Shown here piece after piece: positions 8,684 to 19,505 of a stretch of DNA of 64,000 nt. Source of the stretch: a virus. Its lineage: Duplodnaviria > Caudoviricetes. The stretch lies in the IMG/VR virus record IMGVR_UViG_2923649072_000003, positions 1 through 64,000 of that record. One strand, written 5' to 3'. The notes under the pieces are model-generated. The model saw nothing but the letters and a program-made list of their open reading frames with translations, did not search any database and was not told the origin of the DNA. Numbering within the stretch: position 1 is the first letter of the stretch; every line of letters starts with the position of its first letter. Position numbers and translations under genes: made by a program.

Positions 8684-10332
8684 TGCTGCGACTGAACGAC
8701 TGGTTCTGCGGGGCGGGCGGCGCGACCCAGGGTGCTCACACGGTCCCGGGTGTAGAGCCCATCCTGGCCGCGAACCACAACGAACAGGCCATCGCCACGC
8801 ACTCGGCGAACTTCCCGGACGTCGAGCACTTCCGAGGCGACATCAAGGACCTCGACGTGGCCGGCCACCCGTACGCGGAGATCTTCTGGGCTTCGCCCGA
8901 GTGCACGAACTGGTCGGTGGCCAAGGGGAAGAAGGTCGACTACGACGGCAGCAACGCTCAACTCGGCCTGTTCGGTGACGTCGAGATCGAGGACGACGTC
9001 ATGCGTTCCCGGGCGCTCATGCAGGACGTCATCCGCTACCTCGAAGGCATGGACCTCCGGCAGCAACCAGTCCTCGCCGGGGTCGTCGAGAACGTCACCG
9101 ACATCCGCAAGTGGGAGCACTGGCACGCCTGGCGGTCCCGGATCGAGAAGATCGGCTACCGGACACGTCTCATCGCGCTGAACTCAATGCACGCCGAGTC
9201 CACTCGGGCTCCCCGGGCGCCGCAGTCCCGCGACCGCCTGTACCTGGCCTACTGGCACACAAAGATCGGCCGCGACCCGGACTGGGACCGCTGGCTGCGC
9301 CCGTCCGCGCACTGCCCGACCTGCGACCGTGACATCGCCGCCGTGCAGTCGTGGAAGAAGCCCGGCGTCGACATGGGCCGATACCGGTCCCAGTACGTCT
9401 ACCGGTGCCCGACCACCTCATGCCGCGGCCAGGTCGTCGAGCCCGTGTTCGTCCCAGCCGCCGCTGCGATCGACTGGACACTCCCAGGAACCCGAATCGG
9501 CGACCGCGCCAAGCCTCTCGCCGACAAGACCCTGGCCCGGATCCGAGCCGGCATCGAGAAGTACGCCCGCCCGGTCGTCGTGCGGAACAACAGCGTCCGG
9601 GCGGGCGAGAGCGCCGCACACCTGTCGGTGCCCGTGCAGCGGGCGATGGGCGCTCTCACCACGGCGGGCCACCAGTCGATCGCTGTCCCGCCGATGCTCG
9701 TACCCGCCGGGGGCACCTGGAATGAGACCGGGCAGCCCGTCTCGCTGCCTATGCGGGCCCGGACTACCCGCGAGACCGAAGGCATTCTCGTCCCGCCTCT
9801 CCTGATCCCCGTCGAAGGCCGTGAAGGCAAGCAAGCGGCCTCGAGCCAGGAGCACCTGCGGACCATGACGACTCGCAACGAGACAGGCCTACTGATCCCG
9901 CCGTTCATCACCGAGCTCCGCGGTGGCGGCTCTGACCACCGGCCCCTCAGCGAATCTCTCGCCACGATCACGGCATCCGGAAACCATCACGGGCTCGTCA
10001 CCATGCAGGCCTGGGCGTCCCTGTACGGCTACGACAGCGGCGAACTCCGCGACCACTTGCGCAACCCACTGCCGACGCAGACCACCGTCCAGGGCGACGG
10101 CGTACTCACCGGCAGCGGGCTGCCCGCCGTCGAGGACTGCCTGTTCCGCATGCTCGAGCCCCACGAGATCCACGCCGGAATGGCCTTCGTGCCCGGGTAC
10201 ATCGTCCTCGGCAGCAAGCGGGACAAGGTCCGTCAGCTTGGTAACGCCGTCACGCCGCCGGTCGCCGAGGTGCTCGTCTCCGCGCTCGTCGAGTGCATCT
10301 CCGGCGAGCAGATCGAGCGAGCCGCCGCGTGA
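8680..10332 (+). CDS. DNA (cytosine-5)-methyltransferase
   Basis: motif I FCGAGG, IV SPEC, VI ENV, VIII QSRDR, X GNAV; true start ATG 8680. Confidence 0.9.
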   Translation: MMLRLNDWFCGAGGATQGAHTVPGVEPILAANHNEQAIATHSANFPDVEHFRGDIKDLDVAGHPYAEIFWASPECTNWSVAKGKKVDYDGSNAQLGLFGDVEIEDDVMRSRALMQDVIRYLEGMDLRQQPVLAGVVENVTDIRKWEHWHAWRSRIEKIGYRTRLIALNSMHAESTRAPRAPQSRDRLYLAYWHTKIGRDPDWDRWLRPSAHCPTCDRDIAAVQSWKKPGVDMGRYRSQYVYRCPTTSCRGQVVEPVFVPAAAAIDWTLPGTRIGDRAKPLADKTLARIRAGIEKYARPVVVRNNSVRAGESAAHLSVPVQRAMGALTTAGHQSIAVPPMLVPAGGTWNETGQPVSLPMRARTTRETEGILVPPLLIPVEGREGKQAASSQEHLRTMTTRNETGLLIPPFITELRGGGSDHRPLSESLATITASGNHHGLVTMQAWASLYGYDSGELRDHLRNPLPTQTTVQGDGVLTGSGLPAVEDCLFRMLEPHEIHAGMAFVPGYIVLGSKRDKVRQLGNAVTPPVAEVLVSALVECISGEQIERAAA

Positions 10333-10538
10333 GCCCCGAACGCGCCGAAGTCGAGGGCTTCTGCTCGGCCGCCTACCCGCACGCCCACACCCTGCCGCCG
10401 GAACCAGACACCGCGGATGCATGGCAGGCCGGCGTCGAACGGGGGAGCGGTGGGGACCAGGAAGCGGCTGACCTCGCGTACCTGGCCGCCGGATTCACCA
10501 ACCTCGCCTTCATGGGCGCGACGAGAGGGGCTGCCTGA
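10329..10538 (+). CDS. hypothetical protein
   Basis: GTGA coupling. Confidence 0.45.
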   Translation: MSPERAEVEGFCSAAYPHAHTLPPEPDTADAWQAGVERGSGGDQEAADLAYLAAGFTNLAFMGATRGAA

Positions 10539-10584
10539 TGGCCCGCGAACTGTTCCAGGCGGCGGAAACACAGGAGGTCCCCGA

Positions 10585-11223
10585 ATGAAGTGGCGCTCAA
10601 TGCCGGCACCCCTGCCGACGGAAGAGTCGGACCTCGAAGGTCTGAGCATCGTTGCCCAGTGGACCCTCATGCGCCTCACGCTCTCCAATGACCTCAAGGC
10701 TGACGGATGCGCGCCTCTGATGATCATCAGGTGGGGCAACCGCTGGGCCGCCCAGCCCTGCATTGCTGAGGTTCAGGCGGGGCTCGCGGAGTTGGAGCAG
10801 GCGTCCCTTGTGGCAATGGATCACGGGAAGGGGGAGATCTTCCATCGGCGATTCTTTGCCTGGGAGCGAATCGGTAGGCAGCCGCGCCGGGTGGCCGCCG
10901 CCTGGGATCAATCCCTAACTCGCGGGGCAGTCATCAAGGAGCTGGCCCAAGACGCACTCATGGCCGAGGTTGCGGCCGGTGCGGGCGAGAGCCGGCCGCT
11001 AAGCAAGGGGCGTGCGTTCGTCTTCGAGCGCGACGGCTGGCGTTGCGTTGCGTGCGGATGGGGACCCGGTGATGCCGTGCCGCTGGCGCCTACCGGGCGG
11101 CCCATGCATCGCGGCCTTGAAGTGGATCACGTCTTTCCAAAGTCCAAGGGCGGCGTGGATGGTCCCGAAAATTTCCAGACGCTCTGCACGTCCTGCAATG
11201 CCAGCAAGGGGGCGCGGATCTGA
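10585..11223 (+). CDS. HNH endonuclease with N-terminal replication-initiator-like domain
   Basis: RDGWRCVACG...EVDHVFPKSKGG...NFQTLCTSCN..KG; RBS AGGAGG. Confidence 0.85.
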   Translation: MKWRSMPAPLPTEESDLEGLSIVAQWTLMRLTLSNDLKADGCAPLMIIRWGNRWAAQPCIAEVQAGLAELEQASLVAMDHGKGEIFHRRFFAWERIGRQPRRVAAAWDQSLTRGAVIKELAQDALMAEVAAGAGESRPLSKGRAFVFERDGWRCVACGWGPGDAVPLAPTGRPMHRGLEVDHVFPKSKGGVDGPENFQTLCTSCNASKGARI

Positions 11224-12215
11224 TGCGCATCCGAACCATCAAGCCCGAGTTCTGGACATCCGAAGACGTGGCGTCCATGGACTGGGAAACCCGCCTGGTG
11301 TTCCTGGGCCTCTGGTCTTACGTGGATGACAACGGGGTGGGTCGCGATAACGAGAAGCTGATCGTCGCCGACCTTTTCCCCTTGGAGGATGACCCTCGCG
11401 AGGCTCTCGCGAGAGTGTCGCGAGGGTTGCAGATCCTCGAATCAGGGGGGCAGATCGCGCGGTACGAAATCGGCGGCCGGAGGTTCATGTTCATTCGGCA
11501 GTGGGACAGGCACCAGAGGATCGATCGACCCGGCAAGATTCGCTACCCCCGCCCTGACCTGCAGGAAGTGCCGGATCCGCCAGACGATGAAGTTCATTCG
11601 CGAGAGTCTCGCGATGAACTCGCGCCTGGAACAGGGGAACAGGGGAACAGGGGAACAACTACTCGTTCATCTGACGATGAACCTGTCCGGGCCGGTGAAC
11701 AGGGCGTGCTGTTGGTTGCCGTACCGGCTCAGCGCAGCGGGGCCACGGAGCCAAAGAAGCGCCTGACCCTTGATGATCATTTCGAGGCCTGGTGGAAGCT
11801 CTACCCGCGCAAGCAGGCCAAGGGCGCCGCGCGCGACTCATGGGATCGCGCCCGGAAGCTGATCTCGATTGAGGAACTCCTCGCCGCCGTTCAGAGGCTC
11901 GTCGATGACCCCAACCTCCCCAGGAACCGGGCGAAGCTGCCCCTCCCGGCCACGTGGCTGAACCAGAAGCGGTGGGACGACGACCCGTACCCCGCCGACC
12001 AGGAAGCTCCCGGCCACCGCGGCGCCGACGGCGAACTCGACGAGGACACGATCGTCGCGGTTCTCGGCCGTGACACCTGGATGCCGCCAACCCCGCCCGA
12101 AGACCTCCAGCCAGGATCCGCAGCGTTCCGCCAGTGGAACCGAGACATATGGGCCGAACATCACCGCGACCGCCGACGGCAGGCCGAATCTGCTCTCGCG
12201 AGGAGGACCGCATGA
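11223..12215 (+). CDS. phage replication initiation protein
   Basis: MRIRTIKPEFW...DDNG.G N-terminus; FEAWWKLYPRK..K...PATWLNQKRW.D C-terminal domain; precedes DnaB. Confidence 0.8.
   Translation: MRIRTIKPEFWTSEDVASMDWETRLVFLGLWSYVDDNGVGRDNEKLIVADLFPLEDDPREALARVSRGLQILESGGQIARYEIGGRRFMFIRQWDRHQRIDRPGKIRYPRPDLQEVPDPPDDEVHSRESRDELAPGTGEQGNRGTTTRSSDDEPVRAGEQGVLLVAVPAQRSGATEPKKRLTLDDHFEAWWKLYPRKQAKGAARDSWDRARKLISIEELLAAVQRLVDDPNLPRNRAKLPLPATWLNQKRWDDDPYPADQEAPGHRGADGELDEDTIVAVLGRDTWMPPTPPEDLQPGSAAFRQWNRDIWAEHHRDRRRQAESALARRTA
11396..11656. repeat. putative replication origin iterons within the initiator gene
   Basis: TCGCGA at 11396/11407/11418 and 11598/11609 (11-bp period); near-palindrome 11591-11620; (GGAACAGG)x3.6 at 11628-11656. 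Confidence 0.6.
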
Positions 12216-13528
12216 CCGCCGAACTGCATGACGTTGAGGCCATCCACATCGGCCGATATGACCTCGAGGCTGAGCGTTACGTGCTCGGCGCGATCCTGGC
12301 GACCTCGGGCCGAGCGCTCTTCGAGATCGGCCAGCTCGCCCCTGCGGACTTCTTTCGCCCCGAGCATGAGCAGCTGTTCGCACTCATGCACGGCATGCAC
12401 GGGCGCGGTGACGTCGTAGAGGTCCAGGCGGTCGCGCAACGACTCGTCGGATCCCCCATTCGTGGCATTGGCCTGCCGCAGCTGGTCGACATGTTCTCGT
12501 CCTGCGTTACCGCGGCGAACGCGAGCTACTATGCGCAGACCGTGCGTCAGCTGGGCAGGCTGCGGCGACTGCAGGCGGCCTCGATGCGGATCGCGCAGAT
12601 GACGGGATCGTGCGACATCTCGGCTGTCGACGAGGTTGTGGAGCAGGCTCGTGCGGAGATCGACTCGGCGGGCGACAACTCGAGCACGGGCGAGATCAGC
12701 TCACTGGGCGAACTTCTGTCGACGGCGATGCAGCGATGGCAGTCGCCTGAGACGGGGATCCTGCCGACTGGGCTGCTGGACTTCGATGACATGCTGGCCG
12801 GCGGCCTGCGACCGGGGCATCTGCTGATCGTTGGTGCGCGCCCGGCTGTCGGGAAGTCCGTTGTGGCGTCGGTGATCGCCCACGCAGTGGCCCGCCGCGG
12901 AGTCGGAACGTTGTTCTGTTCGCTTGAGATGTCCCGGGACGAGGTGACCGACCGGGTTGCCGCAGACATTGCCAGCGTGGACGTGGGCCGCTTGACTCGA
13001 CGGGAACTGCGCCCCGAGGACTGGGAGCGGCTTAAGACTGCTCAGGCTTCAGCTTCAGGCTGGCCCCTGAAGGTGGTCGACAGGGCCGATCAGACGGTCT
13101 CCGGGGTCAGGGCCCGCGCGCGCGACGTTAGTCGCCGTAAGGGCGGCCTGGGGCTCGTGGTCGTTGACTACCTGCAGTTGATGAAGCCCTCCGACAGCAA
13201 GGCTCCCCGCCAGGAGCAGGTGGCGAGCATCTCGCGAGGCCTGAAGTTGTTGGCCAAGGAGATGCAGGTTCCGGTGGTGGCGCTGGCGCAGGTGAACCGT
13301 GGTCCGATGAATCGCACGGACAAGCGACCAGCCATGTCCGATCTTCGCGAGTCAGGGTCGATTGAGGCTGACGCAGACGAGATCGTCCTGCTCCATCGGG
13401 ATGACAAGGAGTCGCCGGGGGAAATCGAGTTCATCGTCGAGAAGAACCGCCACGGACGAACCGGGACGGTAGCTCTCGCGTGGGCGCCGCACTTCTCGCG
13501 GGTTGCCTCGATGGCGAGGGGGTTCTGA
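12212..13528 (+). CDS. dnaB: replicative DNA helicase
   Basis: GARPAVGKS Walker A, SLEM, VVDYLQL, LAQVNR, DLRESGSIE.DAD, KNRHG. Confidence 0.95.
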   Translation: MTAELHDVEAIHIGRYDLEAERYVLGAILATSGRALFEIGQLAPADFFRPEHEQLFALMHGMHGRGDVVEVQAVAQRLVGSPIRGIGLPQLVDMFSSCVTAANASYYAQTVRQLGRLRRLQAASMRIAQMTGSCDISAVDEVVEQARAEIDSAGDNSSTGEISSLGELLSTAMQRWQSPETGILPTGLLDFDDMLAGGLRPGHLLIVGARPAVGKSVVASVIAHAVARRGVGTLFCSLEMSRDEVTDRVAADIASVDVGRLTRRELRPEDWERLKTAQASASGWPLKVVDRADQTVSGVRARARDVSRRKGGLGLVVVDYLQLMKPSDSKAPRQEQVASISRGLKLLAKEMQVPVVALAQVNRGPMNRTDKRPAMSDLRESGSIEADADEIVLLHRDDKESPGEIEFIVEKNRHGRTGTVALAWAPHFSRVASMARGF

Positions 13529-13869
13529 TGTCCGCTCTGAAGTGGCATTGCCACCGTCGCCGTTTCGAGATCGCCGACGGTGAGGGTGTCGTCTACTGCC
13601 ACGAGTGGAAGGCGCGTTCCGGAGATCAGGGATCACGGCGCTTGTCGGAGATCCTGAACGAGGAGGAGGCGCGTTGGCAGGCCGCCCACCTCGCCTGTTT
13701 CAAGGACGATGAGGACCAGGGGTACGCGTGGGCGGTTGAGCGTTTGCGGACGCTGCCCGGGCTGCTCGAGTTCCATTTCCATGTGGCGGACAAGATGTGG
13801 TCTGCCGGTACGGATTTGAACTGGTTCACCTACGAGGCCGTTAAGCGCTGCTGGGCGGAGGCATCGTGA
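13528..13869 (+). CDS. hypothetical protein
   Basis: TGATG coupling. Confidence 0.55.
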   Translation: MSALKWHCHRRRFEIADGEGVVYCHEWKARSGDQGSRRLSEILNEEEARWQAAHLACFKDDEDQGYAWAVERLRTLPGLLEFHFHVADKMWSAGTDLNWFTYEAVKRCWAEAS

Positions 13870-14228
13870 CCCGCCCGATAACGGGCCGTAGCCCGCGTCA
13901 TCCCGCCCAGCCTCCTGGTCGCCGCGGCCGGCGCGCTGCCGTGGATCCGTTCCCGTGGCTGCCATTGGCTGCTGGTGCCGGAGCGTTCGTCGCCCTGGCG
14001 CTGGCGATCTCCGGAAGCTGGCTGTATTTGGCGGCTCTCGCGTGCGCCGGCCTTCTGGCCGCCGGCATGTGGTGGGCGATCCCCGGCCCGGTGCGTTGGG
14101 CGTCTGCTGCGGACACGGTGATCGAGCACCCGTCGGAGGTGGTGGCGCGTGCGCATGAGGTGTCGGGTACGACGACGGTTCACATGGAGAGGGGTGTGTG
14201 GGTGGGTGACGACGGGGCCCCGTGGTGA
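13866..14228 (+). CDS. membrane protein
   Basis: two hydrophobic segments; GTGA coupling. Confidence 0.55.
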   Translation: MTRPITGRSPRHPAQPPGRRGRRAAVDPFPWLPLAAGAGAFVALALAISGSWLYLAALACAGLLAAGMWWAIPGPVRWASAADTVIEHPSEVVARAHEVSGTTTVHMERGVWVGDDGAPW

Positions 14229-14473
14229 TCCGACATTGATCCGACAGGGCTACTACGCGATCCCGCAGGGCTTGCGTAGGGCCCCTCGCCGTGCAATGCT
14301 GGCATCAGTCCAGTCGGCAGGACCATCGGTCCGGCCCGGTAGCCCAGGGAGGGCGTCATGCGGACCAAGCCTGACTCGTTCGAGGAACTCATTGCAGCCC
14401 TCAATGCTTGCATCAGCCGTCACGGTCGCATGCGGGCAAAGTCCCGTCGGCTCGCGTGGATTGGAGCTGGACG

Positions 14474-14902
14474 GTGAGCATCCCGACCCAGCGCACCGCC
14501 ATCCAGCCGTCCCTGATCTGGCACCGCGAGGGTGACTTCTACTCGGAGCCGCTGGAACTCGGCGTGAACGGCCGAGGGACCGTGAACGACGCAGCACAGC
14601 GCCTGTTGGAGATGCCCGACGTGGTTCGTGCCGATCTCCGTCTCGGTGACCGGGTCGACATTCGGTACACGGACGGCAGTACCGCCAGCTACTACGGCGT
14701 TTCGTGCCTGCCGTCGGATGTAACCTGCGATGACGTCGCCAACCACTTCGCCTGGCTGCCTGCGACTCCCGCTAACCGTGCGCTGGAAGAGCTGCTGGCG
14801 CAGGTCGCCGACGACGCGCAGGTGGCCGACGTTCCTCTCCGTGAGGGGCGTCTCTTGGTCGCGACCGTCGGCCCGGATGTTGCCCTGAGGGAGGGCGTCT
14901 GA
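14474..14902 (+). CDS. hypothetical protein
   Basis: GTG with GGAG RBS; GC3 bias. Confidence 0.55.
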   Translation: MSIPTQRTAIQPSLIWHREGDFYSEPLELGVNGRGTVNDAAQRLLEMPDVVRADLRLGDRVDIRYTDGSTASYYGVSCLPSDVTCDDVANHFAWLPATPANRALEELLAQVADDAQVADVPLREGRLLVATVGPDVALREGV

Positions 14903-16198
14903 TGCGTCGCCAGCGCGTGTATCTGCCGCCGGGCATGGACCCGGATGACCTGCCGGACCCCAGGGATCTCGCTGAGGACGCGGCGGATTTCGCGGCCGAA
15001 CAGAAGGCGGCCCGTCAACGTCGGGCGCTCGAGCAGGTGCCGCAGCAGAGGAGCGACCGTGAGTGACGTGACGCTGCCGACGGGTGACCGGCTGGTGGCT
15101 GAGATCCGGCGTCTGCGCGGGCTCAATCGCGACCCGCACGTGGCGACGTTGCAGCTAGCTCTCGGCTTGGGGCGTACCGGCGTGGACTATCACGGCGAGA
15201 AGCTCGAGCGGGCCGGGCGTCTGAAGTTTCAGCATGACTCGTCGGGACGCCGACTATGGGCGACGGTCGAGGTGGTCGAGCCGTGAGCGCCTTCTGGTGG
15301 TCGTCGAATGGTGACCTGTTGAAGTCGACGGCCCGGTGCACGGCTGAGCAGTTCGCTGCGGTGCTCGCCGAGTGGCCCGTCTTCCGTGCTAGTGGCGCAG
15401 AAGTCACAGTTGTCGATGAGCGTCGCGTCGATGTTGTGACGCGCCACGGGGTCATGACTTTCACTGGCGCTGACAGTGAGAGTCCCCGTCAGGTGGCCGA
15501 AGTCGCCACCAGCGAGATCTGAACCACCCCCATCCTTCACGCGCCCGAGTGGGTGCGTCCACTAAGCACGCCCACACACGGGAGAAGACATGAAGAAGTG
15601 GCGACTGGCCTGGAGCGAAGACGACTCCGAGGTCTACACCGACAAGCAGGGCCTGCGCGACGGGATCAAGACGGTCCGGGCCGCCTGGCAGGGCGGGGAT
15701 TTCAAGAGCCCGTGGGTGGAGGTCTGGTTCACGGAGGGCTACGGGTGGGAGGCGCAGGAGAGGTTCAGCCTCGCCGTCCCCGACGTCACCGAGGTACTCG
15801 CCGAGCTGCGTGATCGGGCTCAGGGGGCTGCGGCCAAGCTGTCCGCTGCGGCGGCCAAGGCTGAGAGTCCGGCCGAGAAGTACCGCCTGTCGGGCAAGGT
15901 CGAGGGCGTGAAGCTCGTCGAGTCGTACTTCCACGACGTCGAACGCCGTCTGGCGGGTGAGTGACATGAGCACGCCGATCCCGGACTACTTCGACGAGGA
16001 CTGGGACGACGAAGAGTACGACGACATCACCGACTACGACCGGACCCGAACCGACCTGCTGTACGCGGATTTGGAGCGCCACGGATGAGCGTCGTCGTGA
16101 AGCCTTTCGTGGCTGCGTATGCGGCGGTCGTGACGGTGGGATTCCTCGCGTGGTGGGGGATCACGAGCGTGTGGCAGCGAATTAAGGGGGAGAAGTGA
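14902..16198 (+). other. run of small phage ORFs: 14902-15066, 15059-15286, 15283-15522, 15590-15964, 15966-16088, 16085-16198
   Basis: mostly overlapping start/stop codons and RBSs; no recognisable domains. Confidence 0.55.
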
Positions 16199-16581
16199 GC
16201 GACAAGCCCGAGTGGCCCGAATGCCAGCCGTTCAACTGGCACCAGTTGCAGCCTGATTCGTTCCTGTACTGGATGCTGCCGGTCGTCCTGCCGCGAGGTG
16301 AGGCATTCGAGGAGCTCGCCAAGGCCAGCGACGACTTCAAGTCCGTCGACCTGCGGATCACGGCGAACGGCATCGAGATGGACGCCCTTGCCTTCCTTCG
16401 CGGCGTGCACGCGAACATGCGTCTCTTCGCGCACCGCGAGGCCGAGCGGATCGTGATGGAGGAGACGTCTCTCACGAAGGTCGAAGAAACCATGGCCAGC
16501 ATCCGCGAGCAGGTCGAACGGCACCTGCGAGAAGAGCTGACCGCGGCCGGGGTTCAGCTCCGAGATGAGGAGGGCTGGTGA
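16195..16581 (+). CDS. hypothetical protein
   Basis: coupled; GC3 bias. Confidence 0.6.
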   Translation: MSDKPEWPECQPFNWHQLQPDSFLYWMLPVVLPRGEAFEELAKASDDFKSVDLRITANGIEMDALAFLRGVHANMRLFAHREAERIVMEETSLTKVEETMASIREQVERHLREELTAAGVQLRDEEGW

Positions 16582-17237
16582 TGGCCTGGTTCAACACGTC
16601 TGGCCGCTACCTCCCGGAGATCATGGCGGCGGTGAATGCTGAGTCGGGCGGCCGGATGTCGTCGCCGATCTGCGGCAACGAGTCCGAGCCTTCCCCGGAC
16701 GGTGAGGTTTACGTCTGCACGCGCGCACCGCAGCACAAGGCTTGGCGGCACATCGCCGTCGGAGCCGGGGTTGTCGCTGCATGGCCCCGGGATCATGAGC
16801 CCGTTCTCGCCGACGTGGGCGAGGCGGCCGTTGCCACCCCGCCCGCTATCCCTGATCAGCCGGCGGAAGGCGCGATCTTCGCTGAAGTGTGCGTGATCGC
16901 TGAACATGTCTGTGTTCCCGTGGCCGGCTGCAACTGTGATCACGATCCGGAAATGGGCATGGGCCATCAGGCGCATTGCGGCTGGGAACCCGTAGCGATG
17001 CTGTCGGAGGTCCCGAAACTGCTGGCCGAGCGTGACCGTGCCCGCGCCACCGCCGCGAGCCTGGAAGCGCGCTGGGAGGGATTCCGGCGGCTCTTGCTCG
17101 GCATGTGGGGCGACGCGTCCGATGCCGCTGACTCTTCGGGCGGTGCTGAGCACCGCTATCGAAAGCTGGCGCTTAGCGACGCGCTTGATGCCATGCGTGA
17201 GTACCCGCACGGGGACGAGGGGAGTGACCGTGGCTGA
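16578..17237 (+). CDS. hypothetical protein
   Basis: coupled; Cys/His clusters. Confidence 0.55.
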   Translation: MMAWFNTSGRYLPEIMAAVNAESGGRMSSPICGNESEPSPDGEVYVCTRAPQHKAWRHIAVGAGVVAAWPRDHEPVLADVGEAAVATPPAIPDQPAEGAIFAEVCVIAEHVCVPVAGCNCDHDPEMGMGHQAHCGWEPVAMLSEVPKLLAERDRARATAASLEARWEGFRRLLLGMWGDASDAADSSGGAEHRYRKLALSDALDAMREYPHGDEGSDRG

Positions 17238-17613
17238 CGTCTCATACCGCACCGTCTGGTCATACGTCGGCGGGCGTGCCCCTGTCTGCCAGCCCCACGC
17301 GACCATCGATGCGGCCTATGCTGACCGCGATCAGTTGGCAGCGGAGCCGGACATCGCCCGGGCCTGGGTCGAGTCTGCCGAGTGGCTCCCTGTCGGCGAA
17401 GAGCACCCGCTGGTGCGGGAGAACGCCCGGCTACTGTCGCTTTTGGCTGCCGTTCGCAGGGCGAACAATGCTGCGCTCGATGAGGGGCCGCGTCGTCACG
17501 CGATCGGTTCTCTGGTGCGCGCTGCTGGACGCCTGCCTGCACACGCAATCAATCGCGGTAGGGAAATCTACGCCGACATCGTGGCGAAAGAAGGCGGTGG
17601 GTCGAGTGACTGA
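17230..17613 (+). CDS. hypothetical protein
   Basis: GTG after GAGGGGAG RBS. Confidence 0.55.
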   Translation: MADVSYRTVWSYVGGRAPVCQPHATIDAAYADRDQLAAEPDIARAWVESAEWLPVGEEHPLVRENARLLSLLAAVRRANNAALDEGPRRHAIGSLVRAAGRLPAHAINRGREIYADIVAKEGGGSSD

Positions 17614-18149
17614 CGCAATCCGTGAGGCGGTCCGCGTGAACCGCCGTCTGATCCGCAAGCAGGCCGCCGCTGAGGGCGATCTGGCGACGGTCGCCGAGAT
17701 GGACGAACTCGACGCCTACGAGGCTGCCACCTACCAGGCAGACGACCCGAACACGAAGGCACACGCCTACATCCGTGCTCTGGAACGGCAGCTCGAGGAG
17801 TCGAAGGCCTGCACCGACGCCCTGTACGCCAAGAACGAGCGTCTCGAGCAGGAGATGCAGGAGGCCCTGCGGTCGGGGATGGAGCGGCAGGTCGCGACCA
17901 CGGAAGCTATCCGGAGGGAAGCGAACGAGGATGCGCGCCGGTATCAGGGTGCGGCGGCTCGCCGGGAAACACGTCGCGCACCGGGCGTTCCTGGTCGCGG
18001 CGATCCAGTGGGAGAAGGCTATCGCCGACTCGACTGGTGGCGTTGAGACGTGGCCCGCCGACGACTTCCGACGGGTGGCTGACGCGCGGCGACAGGCGCT
18101 CGAGTCCGCTCTCCGGGCGTTCGACGGTGACGAGGGGAGCGAGCGATGA
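17606..18149 (+). pseudogene. coiled-coil protein split by an apparent 1-bp insertion near 17947
   Basis: removing one G in CAGGGTG joins the frames; the C-terminal half (AHRAFLVAAI...FDGDE) is paralogous to the next gene. Confidence 0.5.
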
Positions 18150-18496
18150 GCACGGTCACGTTCTCAACGAGCGGCCAGTGCCGTCTCTGCGGCGAGCCTT
18201 TCAGGGGTGACGATCTGACGCTGCGAACTCTGCGCCCATGGGGGCTCGTCCACGCCAAACACATCCCGGAGTTCGAGGTGGCCGTTGGCCAGCGCAATGA
18301 CACGCAGCGCGTACTGGACGCCCACCGCGCATTCCTGGTTCAGGCCATCCGAGATGAGGCTCTGCAGGACGCGGGTGCAGCGAAGAGCCCGTACCCGGAG
18401 GACCACGACGGGACCTGGCGGCATCGAGGCGAGGCATTCAAGGAAGCACTCGAAAACCTCGACGGCGACGAGAAGGAGGTGGGCGACGGTGAGTGA
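18146..18496 (+). CDS. hypothetical protein
   Basis: CRLCG; AHRAFLVQAI...LDGDE C-terminus. Confidence 0.6.
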   Translation: MSTVTFSTSGQCRLCGEPFRGDDLTLRTLRPWGLVHAKHIPEFEVAVGQRNDTQRVLDAHRAFLVQAIRDEALQDAGAAKSPYPEDHDGTWRHRGEAFKEALENLDGDEKEVGDGE

Positions 18497-19505
18497 CGAC
18501 CGGATGCGCTACCGGGTGGCGGTTGTCGTGTTCGCGGACGTCCGGGGCGTTGACTACGTGGATGCGACTGCGGGTGCCGTGCAGGCCATCCGGTCGGCGC
18601 TGACCGACGGTTTCACGAAACCCGTGCCCGTCGACCTGCCGAACCCGTACGCCAGTGAAGAGCGGTTCAAGGACCACGACATGAGCTGCCGGGCCGTCGC
18701 GGTCATGGATCTCGGGATGGCGGCCGGCAACGGCTACCTCTGGACCGAGCCGACCGCACGAGCCTGGACCAACTACGGCAACGACCTGCCCGACATTGCT
18801 CGGCGGACCTGGAAGGTCGAGGAGCCCGAGCCGGACGAAGAGGAGGTGCCCGGTGAGTGAAACCATCAGCCCCACCTACCGCACCAACGGCCACGTGATC
18901 GAGCGTGACGGACAGGTCATCGGTGTGACGATGCGCCCCACGGACGCGATCGAAATCGTCGGCGGCCTGAACTTCGGGCAGTCGTCGTTCGGGCCACTAT
19001 CGGTCGGGTTCGAGCAGGGCGGGTCGGCCGACCTGTACGCCAACGAGATCCGGCTTGCCGCTTTCTTCGACTTCGCCGACGCCGAACTGGTTGCCGAGGC
19101 GCTGAACCGGGCGGGTGGTCAGGGTGAGTGAGCTCCTGAAGGCCGGCGACCGGGCCATCTGCGAAGGTCTCCGCAGAGCTCACATCGCGATCGGCGACGG
19201 CGGTCGTGTGCTCTGCAAGGAAGTCATCCTCTGGGGTCTCATTGGATCACCTGGTGAGCGAAGCCGGTCGTGGATCGCCGCCGCCGAGACGCCCACCTGC
19301 AAGACGTGCGTGAAGCGGGCCGAGGCTGCGGCGCGGAAGGCGGGGGAGTCGGATGCTTGAGCTGATCTGCATCCTTATCGGCATCGCCCTCGTCATCATC
19401 GGCCTAAGCGTCCCATCGACGGTCGCGCTGATCGTGGGGGTCATCTTCCTTGCGATCGGCGGCGTCTGGGTGTTCCTCGTCGACTCGGACGGGGACTGGT
19501 TCTAA
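18489..19505 (+). other. small coupled ORFs: 18489-18860, 18853-19131, 19124-19360, 19353-19505 (2-TM membrane peptide)
   Basis: 8-bp start/stop overlaps, RBSs. Confidence 0.55.

Noticed and set aside
14226-14300. GATCCGACA direct repeat and weak hairpin
   Set aside because: two short copies only; no supporting context
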